Assembly (NCBI RefSeq): GCF_001194135.2
Contig: NC_068986.1
Coordinates: 33,185,219-33,249,218, forward strand
Length of the DNA: 64,000 nt
Reading direction: 5' to 3'
DNA from: Octopus bimaculoides
Lineage: Eukaryota
Made by a program: the position numbers and the translations under genes
Shown here: piece by piece, positions 40,255 to 53,068 of the stretch
Layout of the letters: every line of letters starts with the position of its first letter
Numbering within the stretch: the first letter of the stretch is position 1
Notes under the pieces: model-generated
The model's database searches: none
What the model saw: only the letters and a program-made list of their open reading frames with translations
Told to the model about the DNA's origin: nothing

Positions 40255-41999
40255 CATTATTTTAGAAACTCTCTAATTCATACAATGCAAGGTACAAAAT
40301 GTAATCTATATAATTCTTGGCTGCTCATTTTCGTTTGAAGTAGACATCGTCGTTTCTAATTGTAGCTTCATAGTGTGCCAAAGCAGTGTATTGGATTTTC
40401 CCCAATCAAATAACACCCAAGATTGTTTGAAGCATTATTAGTTTTGTTTTGTAGAATATGAAATTGTAACGAATAGGTGCGTTCTCTCTCTGTTTATCAC
40501 CAGATTTACAACCATGTTGTTGTTATAGAATTGTATTTCGTTTAAACATTTTCTTTTCTCGCTTGTTCATTATTACAAAATTCCTGATATGATATATTGC
40601 AGTATTACCGAAGCAATGGGTGATCCGTTGATAATACAATATTGCTGACATATCTTCTAATTTGCGAGCGAAACTATCAGATATGATAATTCATTTTGTT
40701 GGCCAAATCCCATCTGAATGTCCATAGAGAATGTAATAATCAAGCTTGTATTAATATTGATTTCAAAACTTTGGCACAACGCCAAAAGATATTTTTAGTA
40801 ATGTCGATTTAATCGACCTCAATACAAGACGGACACTAATTTTTATCCACCTCAGCATTATATAAATTAACATCGAACCCGATACGATTCGAACGTACGC
40901 TGAAGGACGAAACGATCTTCATTCAAATATTTTGCTTTTAGTCCGAGGAAATATAACGCTTCGTCAGAATTAATTCTTTTTGTGGAACGATATTAACAGG
41001 TTGCTGCATTAAATGCTCTTCAGTGAAGTTATACTTGCTGACATTTCTGCAGCTGCTGCTGCTGCTGCTGTTGCTGTTGTTGTTGTTGTTGTTGTTGTTG
41101 CTATGTAGCTTGAGACAATCTGTGGTGAAATACACACGAATATAATATATTTAACCAGGTATCGAATCCTACATCAACGGAGGTACTTTGTTTTAAAGAA
41201 CGCAAATTGAAAAAGCACCTCGTTGCTTTTACCTATAGGTTGAGGGACCAACCAGATGCTTTCTCTTGTTATATCATCTGATGAACCCCTAAACAACAGA
41301 GGTACGAAATAAATATTATTATCTTTTATGTTATATAAGAAGAGTTGGTTAAGACCATCCATATGGTTCATGAACACCAGACGTATGGGCAATGAATGTT
41401 TTGTATTGTTATAGACAAATATCAGAAACTTAAAGTGGAAAGGGCTCTAAAACGTAGACTGTCACGTGATAGCATTCAAACGGGATATTCAACGGTTCAA
41501 TAAATAACTGACTAAATTCATCAATGTCACACGTATTGAGTTTAGATTCACTGAAACACCAAGCATTTTGTGGCAATATGAAAGGGAAACAAAGCACATT
41601 AATCTTTCTATGTTATAAATATTATGTAATAAACACTTACACACGCATATAAACACACACACTTACACACACAAATGTATGTATTTATATAGAAGCAATC
41701 ATAACCACACGCACATATGTATTCTTATGTTTATACTCGTATTTGTATGTGTATATACATATACACACAATTATATGCACATATTTTCATATATGTCTGT
41801 CTCTATGTGCGTGAGTGTGTATGTATATGTGTGTATATATGTGTATGTTTGCGCGCATGCGTGTATGTATAAACAGCGTGTCGCTCTATATCGTATCTAC
41901 TCTTTGATGTCTTTATGTACACCAAATTTTCTTTCATTTTTACGTGCTCGAGTAGTAAATATTATTAGCAAAAAATTGTTAATAAAAAAATATTAATTC

Positions 42000-42022
42000 A
42001 CAAAAAGAGTATTCTTCTTCTT

Positions 42023-42115
<93 letters not shown>
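42000..42115. repeat. (TTC)n-(TTA)n array
   Basis: Seen directly. It abuts the 3' end of the Dong-like remnant. Confidence 0.95.
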
Positions 42116-42510
42116 TAATTCACTTCAATTTCAATTCATTTTTTATATATATATTCACGGGCTGACATGTCATTCGAAGGCGTAGGCTAATAGAATCTGT
42201 GAGTGACATCTTACAGGTTTAACATGCAAGAAGCGAGTAGATAAAAGATATATAAAAGCGTCGAACAATGAGTAAGCTATAGCCGTGTGAAAGTTGCCTT
42301 TTGATCGAGTCATTATAAATAAACCATTTTCTACAAAAGGCAATGCGGAATACCGGAAAAAGAGAAGCTTTTGTATCGGGGGAGACATAGCGCTGCCAGG
42401 TATGTTCTCAACCTATCTGTTTGCACCTATATTCATTGATCCAACTGCATTGATTGTAATCGGGTATGTTGTTGCTTTTTCCCGTCATTTGTCAATTTCA
42501 ATTTCTATAC
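42116..42510 (-). mobile_element. Decayed R4/Dong-like 3' end (paralog of 49215-49600)
   Basis: Colinear with 49215-49600. Frameshifted minus translation gives REKATTYPITINAVGSM...IQKLL..G.PH. It ends AATTGAAATTGAAGTGAATT then (TAA)n. Confidence 0.6.
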
Positions 42511-42742
42511 AGCCATTCGTGGTAAATTTGATAGACTACTTCATGCAGACAAAGTTATTGTTTGTTGTGAATGGTCACGTTTCACAGCATTTTGCGTAGA
42601 ATCTGTCTATTAACGTATTGCGAGAAAATAAAGTTTCTTTATTTTCTTGCTGTTTTTAGTACTAAAAGACTTTTGAACATCTGAATATTTTCATTCTTAC
42701 CCGGGTAGAGAAACTGTTTTACACATTTTAGTCAAATATTTG

Positions 42743-42990
42743 TGGCTGTGTGGTAAGTAGATTGCTTACCAACCACATAGTTCTGGGTTCAGTCCCACTG
42801 CGTGGCACTTTGGGCAAGTGTCTTCTACTATGGCCTCGGGCCGACCAAAGCCTTGTGAGTGGATTTGGTAGACGGAAACTGAAAGAAGCCCGTCGTATAT
42901 ATATATGTATATATATGTGTATGTGTGTTTGTTGGTCTGTGTTTGTCCCCACAACATCGCTTGACTACCGATGCTGATGTGTTTACGTCA
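42743..42990 (+). mobile_element. SINE family C (CORE-like), 5' part
   Basis: GGCTGTGTGGTAAGTAG...GGGTTCAGTCCCACTGCGTGGCACTTTGGGCAAGTGTCTTCTACTATGGCCTCGG has a tRNA-like head plus a segment resembling the MIR/CORE motif GACCTTGGGCAAGT. An internal (TA)/(TG) tract follows. Confidence 0.9.
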
Positions 42991-43242
42991 TCAAACGAAA
43001 AGGAAATCATACGCAGAGAGATGTTGTACAATGAAAACAGAAAACAAAACAAAAAAGCGTTGGAAACATCTGTTTGAATGGATAAAATAGTAAAAACGGC
43101 AACGAATGCATCGTCTGAATAGATTCGAGCTAGATCATGGAAAACATGAATGGATAATTCATGCAACTTACGAGTGCTTCCACAGCCGAACAAGGAATCG
43201 AAGAAAAACCAAAGAAAGACATAATTATTTTTTATTGATATT

Positions 43243-43464
43243 CTTTTACTTGTTTCAGTCATTTGACTGCTGCCATGCTGGAGCACCACTTCGAGGGGTT
43301 TTAGTTGAACAAATCAACCTTAGGGATTCTTCTTTTTTAAGCCTATTACTTTTTCTATCGGTCTATTTTGTTGAATCGCTAAAGTTACGGAGACGTAAAC
43401 ACATCAACACTGATTGTCAAGCGGAGACGCGGGGTGGAGGGGGACATATACAAGTACAAAGAAC

Positions 43465-43496
<32 letters not shown>

Positions 43497-43662
43497 TACG
43501 ACGAGCTTCTTTCAGGCTTCTATCAGTTTCCGTCTACCAAATCCACTCACGAGGCTTTGATCGTCTCGAGGTTAGGGTAGAAGACACTTGCCTAAGGTGC
43601 CACTCAGAGAGACAGACTCGGAACCATGTGGTTGGGAAGCAAGCTACTTAACAAACAGCCAC
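43243..43662 (-). mobile_element. SINE family C, near full length
   Basis: Reverse complement of the family C structure: 3' block, internal (CA)n, CORE-like block, head. Confidence 0.88.
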
Positions 43663-43689
43663 AGATAACTTTCATATTTCTTTGAAAAA

Positions 43690-46600
43690 TTAGGTGGACA
43701 GGTATCTGCTGATATACTGCAGAACGTATTTTTTATCAGCTGGAAAAGAGTGTAAATCTGCGTTTTATGGCCGAAGACAAAGCAGGAGAAAATGTAGATT
43801 TAATGGTTCGTTTACCTGTTCATGAGTCTCAGTGACTTTCGAATCGCGGTCAGAGATATCGCTATGGCTTGTATTTATTCTTACATAAACGTATTAATAT
43901 GTGGTCTGTGAAAATATGTTCTAGAATAACGTGGTCTGCATGGACATCCACATTCTAAAGAATCTCAAAGGCCATTAGATTATCTCGGAGTTGTATTCCA
44001 CAGTGGGTCTGCATGGACATCCACATTTTTTTGTGTGTGTGCAAACGTTTTCTTTTTCTCCGTTCTGAAGCATCTTTGCATTTCATCTGTGTTCTGCGCT
44101 TTTTAGTCGGTTTTTACAAATTTTCTCCGTGAATTGCTAACTGTTCAGTTTTCTCAAATATTGTCCATTTAAGGGCTTCTCTTTACACCTGTTTAGCATG
44201 AGATTCTATTGCTCCATTTTCAGATTAGTTTCTACCTTATTCATAATTTCTTTTTATATTCCATTTTTCTTCTCCCGGAAATTCCTGTCAATTTAGCTTC
44301 TGTATCATTTGCCTTCTAACTACCGCTTTCTTTTATTTCTTATTACATACGCTTTGCAGTTCTACAGTGGAGATTTTGCATTTTTCTTTTTGTTGTAATA
44401 GCACGAAGCCCTTCCTTCTTTGCATTATTGGGAAATATAAGTTCAAATTAGTTAGAGAGAAAAGTAGTCTAAATGCAATCAGACTTCTCTTGTGTGGCTG
44501 TTTTGTCCGTGCTAATTCGTTTTGCGTCTAATTGAAAATATAATAATAATTTATTATTAGATCAGCTAGAGATTATATTATCTTGTATTATTTACGTTTA
44601 ACTCTGTTTTAAGTCTTAGTCTAACAAGTCTATAATCTTTCTGTTTAACTCTGTTTTTATTTTTTATTTTTCGTTCTTTTGTAATCGACACTGTTTAGTT
44701 CAGTGTTTGCCAAATTCTCTTGACTCTCTTTCATAATCTATCATGATTATTGTACTAACGTTCCTAATTAGTACGCTTCTTCTCAATGTTGTCTTAGTGA
44801 ATTTTTTTCAACCAAGTCTCCCATCATTTTCCTTAGATAATCTATGCATTTCTAGTTGCTTTTTGTCCATGATACTGAGATAGAGCAACAGTTTTGAATA
44901 TTTTCTAATGATACGTTTGCTTTATAATTCTCCTTTATCTGCATCTATAAAATTGTTTGTCAGTTTCTCAAGGTATGTTTATTTAATATATCAGTTCATT
45001 ATTGGTGCTACTTAACTCATGGATAAGGTTTCCAGAATCAACACACGTGAGTATCATTCTCAAAAGTAATCTGATACTTTATCTCTATCAAGCTGAACCG
45101 TTCTTTCATCTTATAGCATCTTCAGCAATGGCTTCGTTGATTAATAATTGATCATTATAGTCACATGAACTTTGATAACTACCTGTCTGCTCTTGTGGGG
45201 AAATGTTTCTTTCTCAAACGTCCATTTATTTACTTCCTGTTGTATACTACAGTTAGTATTTTGTAAGCTGTAGGTTTTGCATGTTATAGATTTGTGTGAA
45301 CGTGTCAGGCGTTTTCTTTAACATCCAAGAGAATCTTCATGATAGAGCATATTTTCAGTATTAGTTTACAATCTTATATTCTGGGTCTTTCCAGTTTTTT
45401 CTTTTTTTTTTTGAAATGTTTGTGTTATAATTTGTGCTCTTATGTTTTTCAACCTATAGAGGAAATGCTCTGCTTGTTACTTTCAGCAATATTATCCATA
45501 GTAATTGCTTCGCTGCTCCGACTCTCCAGAATTCTTCGCTTCCTCCTGTTACAGTTATTCTTGTTTTACTTTGTTCTTTGCAAAATCGTTTGCACTTGGA
45601 TCAAACTGTTTGATTTATTCAAAAACTCCATGTCGCTTTTCATACCGACCATTCCAATGCGAATTAGCAAGGATCTCTTGTCCTAAGTGTTCTTTGATCT
45701 CAGCTACATTTCTATATGATAGTTTTACACTATTTACGCCTCAGTTTTCTTTACCAGTTGTATCGTTTCATTGCTGATTTCATTAAGAACTGAGAGAACT
45801 TGTCACTTAATTTCTATGGATTTTTTTTGTCTTTTGTTTGTTTAAAACTATTCTATTATTTATGATTTCTTCTATTGTGTGTAATTCTTTAATTATTTCG
45901 ACCTTCAAATTGTCATGTTCATGATTTCTCCCTTTTGAATTTCCGATTCCATTTCGTCCTGATATTCTCTTGTTTATATAATTTTTCTATTGTTCACATT
46001 CAATTTCTACTGCAGAGTATTTTGTAGATCTTGTAGGGTTTGATTTCTTTGTTTGCATTTTGTTATTAATCTAGTTTTGTATGCGTTTGGTCTTTTCTTC
46101 GTGGATAAATTCTCAGTGTTTCAGATTTTTGCTTTTGGTTTTGTACCCTGTATGTTTCCTTGTGTATTTATATTTCTAATTAATCTCTTGATATATGATA
46201 TTTCTTCAACATTCTACATTTAGATTCTAAGTTTTTAAGTTGACTAACTTGCTGGTGTATAACGTTTCGTTAAGACCCTGGCTAACTTTTCTCTAAATCA
46301 TGTACGAGTATATTCTACTAGTTTCGTTTTGCAGGCACAGTTCAGCTACTAAATCCTGCAAGTAGACGTAAAGATATCCCTTTTGTATCCATTTATGAAT
46401 TTTATGTTTAATCTGCATGACATAGGAAGTAAAGAACCATATTTATTTAGATTATTATAATCTCCAACGATACGTTCTTTGCTTTAACATTTGTGGTGAC
46501 GTTAACGTTTGCGTGGGCTGTTTTTTCATATTTTTAATGCTATCGGGCTTAACCCATTACCTACCAGTGATCTCATATCAGATCACTTAAAAATTACAAA
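43690..46600 (-). mobile_element. Heavily decayed LINE-like sequence (possibly RTE/APE endonuclease region)
   Basis: Strong strand asymmetry (A-rich minus strand). Residual peptides DYRLVRLRLKTELN (cf. SDH.LV..KL.L), KENDGRLG (cf. N.NG.RL) and FREKK are visible among many stops. A 16-nt match, TTTTCTTCTCCCGGAA, also occurs at ~63915. Confidence 0.4.
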
Positions 46601-46724
46601 TTTCGTAATGATCTGTCAATATTTACACAAATCTAACATTTTTGCTATATCTTCTAGGTATACTTCCCTGATATTCAAATGAGGTTTGCTAATTTTTCAC
46701 CCAATATCTCGCTTATTTCTATTT

Positions 46725-46984
46725 AAGCCTAGTACTAATTCCATCGGTCTCTTTTTGCAGAACCGCTAAGTTACGGGGACGTAAACACACCACCATCGGT
46801 TGTCAAGCGATGCTGGNNNNNNNNNNGCTTCTTTCAGTTTCCGTCTACCAAGTCCACTGACAAGGCTTTGGTCGGTCCGAGGCTATAGTAGATGGCACTT
46901 GCCCAAGTTGCCACGCAGTGGGAATGAACCCGGAACCATGTGGTTGGTAAGCAAGCTACTTACCACACAGCCACTCCTGCGCCT
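46725..46984 (-). mobile_element. SINE family C with gap at its internal microsatellite
   Basis: High identity to 42743-42990. A 10-N gap falls where the internal repeat lies. Confidence 0.9.
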
Positions 46985-47274
46985 ATATGCATATGCGTAT
47001 GTTTTATATATACTGTGGGCACGACATTAACATGCATTCTGTGGAGTTTAAGTGATCTTATGTGTATGGAATTATTCCTTACTCAACACTACTTTCACGT
47101 TCCACTCTCGCCCGAAAACTATAATAACTGTTAATAATCTCAGTTCTGAATAAAATGCAGAAAATGGTCAAGCAATTCATTGGGTATTCTGTCTTAACTA
47201 TACTCACACGAGTCTTCTTCTAGCATGTGTAACGTTTTATTTATATATATAAATATGGGACATTGCTGCTAATG

Positions 47275-47470
47275 AAGTTAGTTGGCAGAATCATTCGACT
47301 GTCAGAGAAATTATCTTGCTCTTTGCATTCTAAGTTGAAACCCTGTGAGTTTATCTTTGCCGTTGATCGAGCCGAGGTTGATAAATAAAAATTCAGGTCA
47401 AATACCTAAGACGATATATCCGACTTACTGTCTCATCGTAGGATTTCTGACCGTATTTTTAAATTAGAAA
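47275..47470 (+). mobile_element. SINE family A, diverged
   Basis: GTTGGCAGAATCATT...TTCTAAGTTGAAACC...GTTGATAAATAAAA...CGACTTAC...GGATTTCTGACC. Confidence 0.55.
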
Positions 47471-48284
47471 CGTTTAGAAACGACATATTCATTAAAACTC
47501 CTTTAGAAGCGTGCAGTAAATTAGTGCATTTCCTTCACCTTGTGATGATTAGATTGAGATGAATTATGGAGAAGGACTTTGAATTGCTAAGAATGATCAG
47601 AAAAAGAAAAGAAAAAAAATTGTCACTCCCTTAAAATAATATAACACAAGCAGAAAGTGAGTTGAGCAGTCGAATCAATGAGTACGCCCACAGACCTACT
47701 TCAGCCTTAAGAATAACGGATCATTTAAACAAACTGAATGAAGAAGAAATACATAAGGTACAGTCAGAAGAGATGGCTTCGACTCGGTTGATCCTACAAC
47801 GGATAGATTATAAAGATTATTTGATCATACATACCAATTTAAGGATATATGAACAGATATAGTTAGCTTTCTAAACGGTGGCCTATTGTAACCCAGTCCG
47901 GCACCTGAGTGTCGAGCTACACGTTTGGAATACATAGAAGCAGAAGGTAATAAGAGTTACGGTTTTCCTAAACAACCACAGGTGTTGGCTGTTAACCATG
48001 TGTGCGTGCGTGCGTGAGTAGAAGGTTGCTCTTATTTGTTTTCTGTATAATTTGCTCTTTTTTTTTTTATCTCACTTTTATCAATATATGTGTATCTTAT
48101 TCTTTTATTTTATGAAATACTTTTTTAAACACTTAATATTTCTTAATATATCGTGTAACACACATTCCGCTTCCTCCATTTTTACATGGCTACATGCGTA
48201 CATTTCCACATGTTTTTGTTATACCTTTGTGATACTTTGTTGTGCGCGTGAATGAAACCGTGTTTCAAAATATAATAATAGTCT

Positions 48285-48302
48285 GTTATTATTATTATTA
48301 TA

Positions 48303-48382
<80 letters not shown>

Positions 48383-48417
48383 CATTATTATTATTATAAT
48401 TATTATTACTATTATTA

Positions 48418-48478
<61 letters not shown>

Positions 48479-48499
48479 TATTATTATAATTATTATTAC

Positions 48500-48550
<51 letters not shown>

Positions 48551-49054
48551 CATTACTATTATTATAATTATTATTNNNNNNNNNNNNNNNNNNNNNNNNN
48601 NNNNNNNNNNNNNNNNNNNNNNNNNNNNNNNNNNNNNNNNNNNNNNNNNNNNNNNNNNNNNNNNNNNNNNNNNNNNNNNNNNNNNNNNNNNNNNNNNNNN
48701 NNNNNNNNNNNNNNNNNNNNNNNNNNNNNNNNNNNNNNNNNNNNNNNNNNNNNNNNNNNNNNNNNNNNNNNNNNNNNNNNNNNNNNNNNNNNNNNNNNNN
48801 NNNNNNNNNNNNNNNNNNNNNNNNNNNNNNNNNNNNNNNNNNNNNNNNNNNNNNNNNNNNNNNNNNNNNNNNNNNNNNNNNNNNNNNNNNNNNNNNNNNN
48901 NNNNNNNNNNNNNNNNNNNNNNNNNNNNNNNNNNNNNNNNNNNNNNNNNNNNNNNNNNNNNNNNNNNNNNNNNNNNNNNNNNNNNNNNNNNNNNNNNNNN
49001 NNNNNNNNNNNNNNNNNNNNNNNNNNNNNNNNNNNNNNNNNNNNNNNNNNNNNN

Positions 49055-49093
<39 letters not shown>

Positions 49094-49210
49094 CATTATT
49101 ATTATTATAATTATTATTACTGTTATTATTATTGTTATTATTGTCGTTGTCGTCGTCGTCGTCGTAGTCGTCGTCGTCGTCGTCGTCGTTATCACCACCA
49201 TCATCGTCAT
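48285..49210. repeat. Long (TTA)n array with regular variant units, gap inside, grading into (TCG)/(TCA)
   Basis: Seen directly. The variant block TATCATTATTATTATAATTATTATTACTATT recurs. Confidence 0.95.
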
Positions 49211-49214
49211 CATT

Positions 49215-49600
49215 TATATTATGCAATTCACTTCGATTTCAATTGAGTGTTTGTATTCATCAATCGACATGTGACCATCAGAAGACGTAAGCCGATAGAA
49301 GTGGTGAATAACTTCTTACAGGTTCAACATGTAAGAAGTAAACAGACAAAGCTTAAATAAAACGCTGAACAATGAGCAAGCTATAGTCATAACAAAGTTT
49401 CTTTTGATCGAGTCATTATAACTAAACCATGTTCTACATAAGGCAATGTGAAGTACCGTAAAATGAGAATCTTTTGTATTGAGCGAGACAGCGTTGCCAG
49501 GTACTTTCTCAACGTATTGCTTTGCACTCGTATCTGTTGACCCGAATGCACCGATTGTTACCGAGCATATTGTTGCTTTTACCCGCCATGTTCACTCTTC
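49215..49600 (-). mobile_element. Decayed R4/Dong-like 3' end
   Basis: Minus translation WRVKATICSVTIGAFGSTDTSAKQYVEKVPG..(fs)IQKILIL(fs)GTSH resembles W.LK...P.I.GALG...IPG...IQK..L.GT.H. It ends AATTGAAATCGAAGTGAATT, followed by a trinucleotide array grading into (TAA)n. Confidence 0.65.
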
Positions 49601-49994
49601 ACTTTTTGTATCTTATATTAAACTAATTCGAGAAACTGCTATGTGGTGACATTGTTGTTGTTTATAAATACGTTGATTAGTTCCAGGTCAGCTACGATCG
49701 AGCAGACTTATAATCACAGGTGATTTAACCGTGACAATATCCAGTCTATTTAGCTTTAGACGTAGTATTTTAAGGTCGGAATTATCTAATGTGTTCTTCC
49801 TTTGTTTTAAGACTATAGTATTTGGTTCAATGGAAAGTTTTTTTTTTTTTTACTCCTTTTCTAGGATGTCAGCTAACAATATAATGTGTTTGTAGTTAGG
49901 CCAGAAAATTTCTAGTTTGATTAAAAGATTATAGGTATTAGTGCACAATTATATCTCGTCCTTTCACATTGTCAGACACGTCAACATACATGCT

Positions 49995-50150
49995 GAATTG
50001 GTAGAATCGTTGGACGCTTCTGAGTTCAAATTACGCCATTATTACTTTTGCATTTAATCCATCGTGGGTTGATAAACTGAAATATCAGTAAGTCCTAGAC
50101 TTGATTTGTTTGACTAAAGCCTCCTTCAAAATTGCTACCCTTAGGTCTAA

Positions 50151-50230
<80 letters not shown>

Positions 50231-50275
50231 GGTGGCTAGCGGGCGAAATCGTTAGAGCGCTGGACAAAATGCTTA
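49995..50275 (+). mobile_element. Two family A SINE pieces separated by (TTA)n
   Basis: A diverged copy at 49995-50145, (TTA)n at 50150-50228, then the head GGTGGCTAGCGGGCGAAATCGTTAGAGCGCTGGAC running into the gap. Confidence 0.7.
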
Positions 50276-50764
50276 NNNNNNNNNNNNNNNNNNNNNNNNN
50301 NNNNNNNNNNNNNNNNNNNNNNNNNNNNNNNNNNNNNNNNNNNNNNNNNNNNNNNNNNNNNNNNNNNNNNNNNNNNNNNNNNNNNNNNNNNNNNNNNNNN
50401 NNNNNNNNNNNNNNNNNNNNNNNNNNNNNNNNNNNNNNNNNNNNNNNNNNNNNNNNNNNNNNNNNNNNNNNNNNNNNNNNNNNNNNNNNNNNNNNNNNNN
50501 NNNNNNNNNNNNNNNNNNNNNNNNNNNNNNNNNNNNNNNNNNNNNNNNNNNNNNNNNNNNNNNNNNNNNNNNNNNNNNNNNNNNNNNNNNNNNNNNNNNN
50601 NNNNNNNNNNNNNNNNNNNNNNNNNNNNNNNNNNNNNNNNNNNNNNNNNNNNNNNNNNNNNNNNNNNNNNNNNNNNNNNNNNNNNNNNNNNNNNNNNNNN
50701 NNNNNNNNNNNNNNNNNNNNNNNNNNNNNNNNNNNNNNNNNNNNNNNNNNNNNNNNNNNNNNNN

Positions 50765-50827
<63 letters not shown>

Positions 50828-51227
50828 ATCTATCTTTTTCTTGGTTTCTCTTTCAATTATCTATTTTGTTATTATTGTTTCTTTTTATCTTTTCATGTCA
50901 ATGTTTACTGACATCATAAGACGAATGACACTCTACCAACACCACACACGAAACAATCTCCCACACCTGTTTTGTTTACTGAGTCATTTCTCTAGATAGA
51001 AACAGTTGAACCCGTATCTTATAAGAGCGATTCTTATGTGATTGGGTGGTGGGAGCAGATGAAAGATGATATGCTTAATCTGAAGAGGCTGGAAATTGTT
51101 CGTAAACATGAATAGGAACGTAAGATTCATAACTCCGAAAGGTGATCATAGAGTAGAAAATTGAACAACTTTGTACGTAAGATATTTTGGAGCTTTCTTC
51201 CTAGACTTCCGGTGAAACCATTTAATA

Positions 51228-51532
51228 CAGTGGTTCCGAAACCTTTTGTGGGGGGCAGCTGTCCCCTTGGCACCCGGGCCAGATTCCTAGCGCCGCACCC
51301 CCACCCCCACCCACCATTACAAACGTAAACCATTTTCTGGAGTTAATTTCAAAACATGCAATTCACAAATAAAACATAACCTTATTAACACGTCATTTTG
51401 TTTGTTCTTACATCCCTCGCCCCTTTTTCTCCACCTCATTATCGCATCACTTTCCTTCAATGACACCATCCCACCCTTAATCCTTCCACCGACCCCCTCC
51501 CCCGGGGGTGCCGCCCACTGTAGGAGCCACCG
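51228..51532. mobile_element. hAT (Charlie-like) MITE, ~305 bp
   Basis: The ends CAGTGGTTCC / GGAGCCACCG are imperfect TIRs of the CAGTGGTTC type. The 8-bp flanks ATTTAATA and ATTTAGTT match 5/8, consistent with a decayed 8-bp TSD. Confidence 0.55.
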
Positions 51533-52701
51533 ATTTAGTTGTAGCTCAGAAGAAGTAGATGCGTTAAGCGTATCTCCAAAACATATAATTCATGAAATTC
51601 ATTTGCAGTTATACTTGTATAGACTTACATGAATGTATTCATGAATGATCACACGTTTTCACACATGATATGGTACCTGCTTTCTAATTCGATAGATTAA
51701 ATAATGCAGATGATCTCTACTGATTATATGAACAGGGTCACATCTGGATAATAAATCTAAAGCTCGTTATTGAACTACTACCTGTTACCAGTAGATCTTT
51801 TTAAATAATAGCAAGATTACTAAACCACAACAGAAGAGATAACCTAACTGTAACCGGCTAATAATAAAACATCCCCTCAGCTGTAGATTAAGAATAACAG
51901 TGTACAACTGAAGAATTATCCGTTTCTATGCAATGCTGAGTTTAATTCTTCTTCACTGATAAAATTACCCTCGATAACTAGCATCCAATCTAAAGGCGAT
52001 TACTTGATAATCTAGTTAATGATACAGATACCGTACATCATTGCCTGGGCACTGTAGATACTTGTGGTTCCTCTAAATGGTTTAAAGTCTACCGAAGCAA
52101 TATAAAGTTGTATATTTCATTTCAATGCATCAAAGTAGCCAATGTTACCATTGTCTAGTCGCTCGTTAACATTAATCCGTTATCAATATCAATAGATTGA
52201 TATAATCCTGTACAGAAACATTGTAGGGTACCTACTTTGTATACTCGATCTGATAAAAATTGTTTGCGGTGTGTGTTTTAGCTCGTTAGCCCCCGAGTTA
52301 AAATTCTACCGAGGCCAAATTTGCATTCATTGATAAATACAGTACAAGTAAAGCACTGAAGTTGAATTCTCTCCCTTCTCTCTCTAAAATTGGTAACATG
52401 CAAGGAACAAGAAAAACGTGATGAGATACTAGCTTCACTAATTCTTTCGCTGCCCACATTTTCAATTAACCATTGAGCAAAATAAGTACGCGCTTAGGGC
52501 ATCAAGGGAAGGGGGCACCACAGAAATGATAAATAGTTTACGGCACACAAAAAATATCACATTTAACTTGCTAAAATATTATTCGATGTGATTTATATGA
52601 TCGAAAATATAAGTTCGAAGTATTCATGGTGTGTCATAGTGAGGATCTGATTAAAGATTTTTCAATTAAAAAAAGTAAAAATTTTCAAATATAAATAAAG
52701 T

Positions 52702-53068
52702 CGTTGTTGTTGGCACTCCGTCGCTTACGACGTCGAGGGTTCCAGTTGATCCGATCAACGGAACAGCCTGCTCGTAAAATTAACGTGCAAGTGGCTGAGC
52801 ATTCCACAGACACGTGTACCCTTAACGTAGTTCTCGGGGAGATTCAACGTGACACAGTGTGACAAGGCTGACCCTTTGAATTACAGGCACAACAGAAACA
52901 GGAAGTAAGAGTGAGAGAAAGTTGTGGTAGAAGAGTACAGCAGGGTTCGCCACCATCCCCTGCTGGAGCCTCGTGGAACTTTTAGGTGTTTTCGCTCAAT
53001 AAACACTCACAACGCCCGGTCTGGGAATCGAAACCGGTGCCCTAACCACTGGGCCATTATGCCTCAAC
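52702..53068 (-). mobile_element. SINE family B with 11-bp TSD
   Basis: Colinear with the other B copies but with a ~20-bp deletion in the tRNA head. ATAAATAAAGT is duplicated at 52691-52701 and 53069-53079. Confidence 0.93.

Noticed and set aside
41270-41335. CTGATGA...GAAA hammerhead-like motif
   Set aside because: Stem II lacks the closing pair next to GAAA, and stem I does not pair at the cleavage site. It is probably chance in AT-rich DNA or a fully decayed relic.
47635-47862. Protein-like plus-strand ORF (ESELSSRINEYAHRPTSALRITDHLNKLNEEEIHK...)
   Set aside because: It has no recognisable family and a weak acceptor, and competing splice-like signals occur on the minus strand. It cannot be supported without RNA data.
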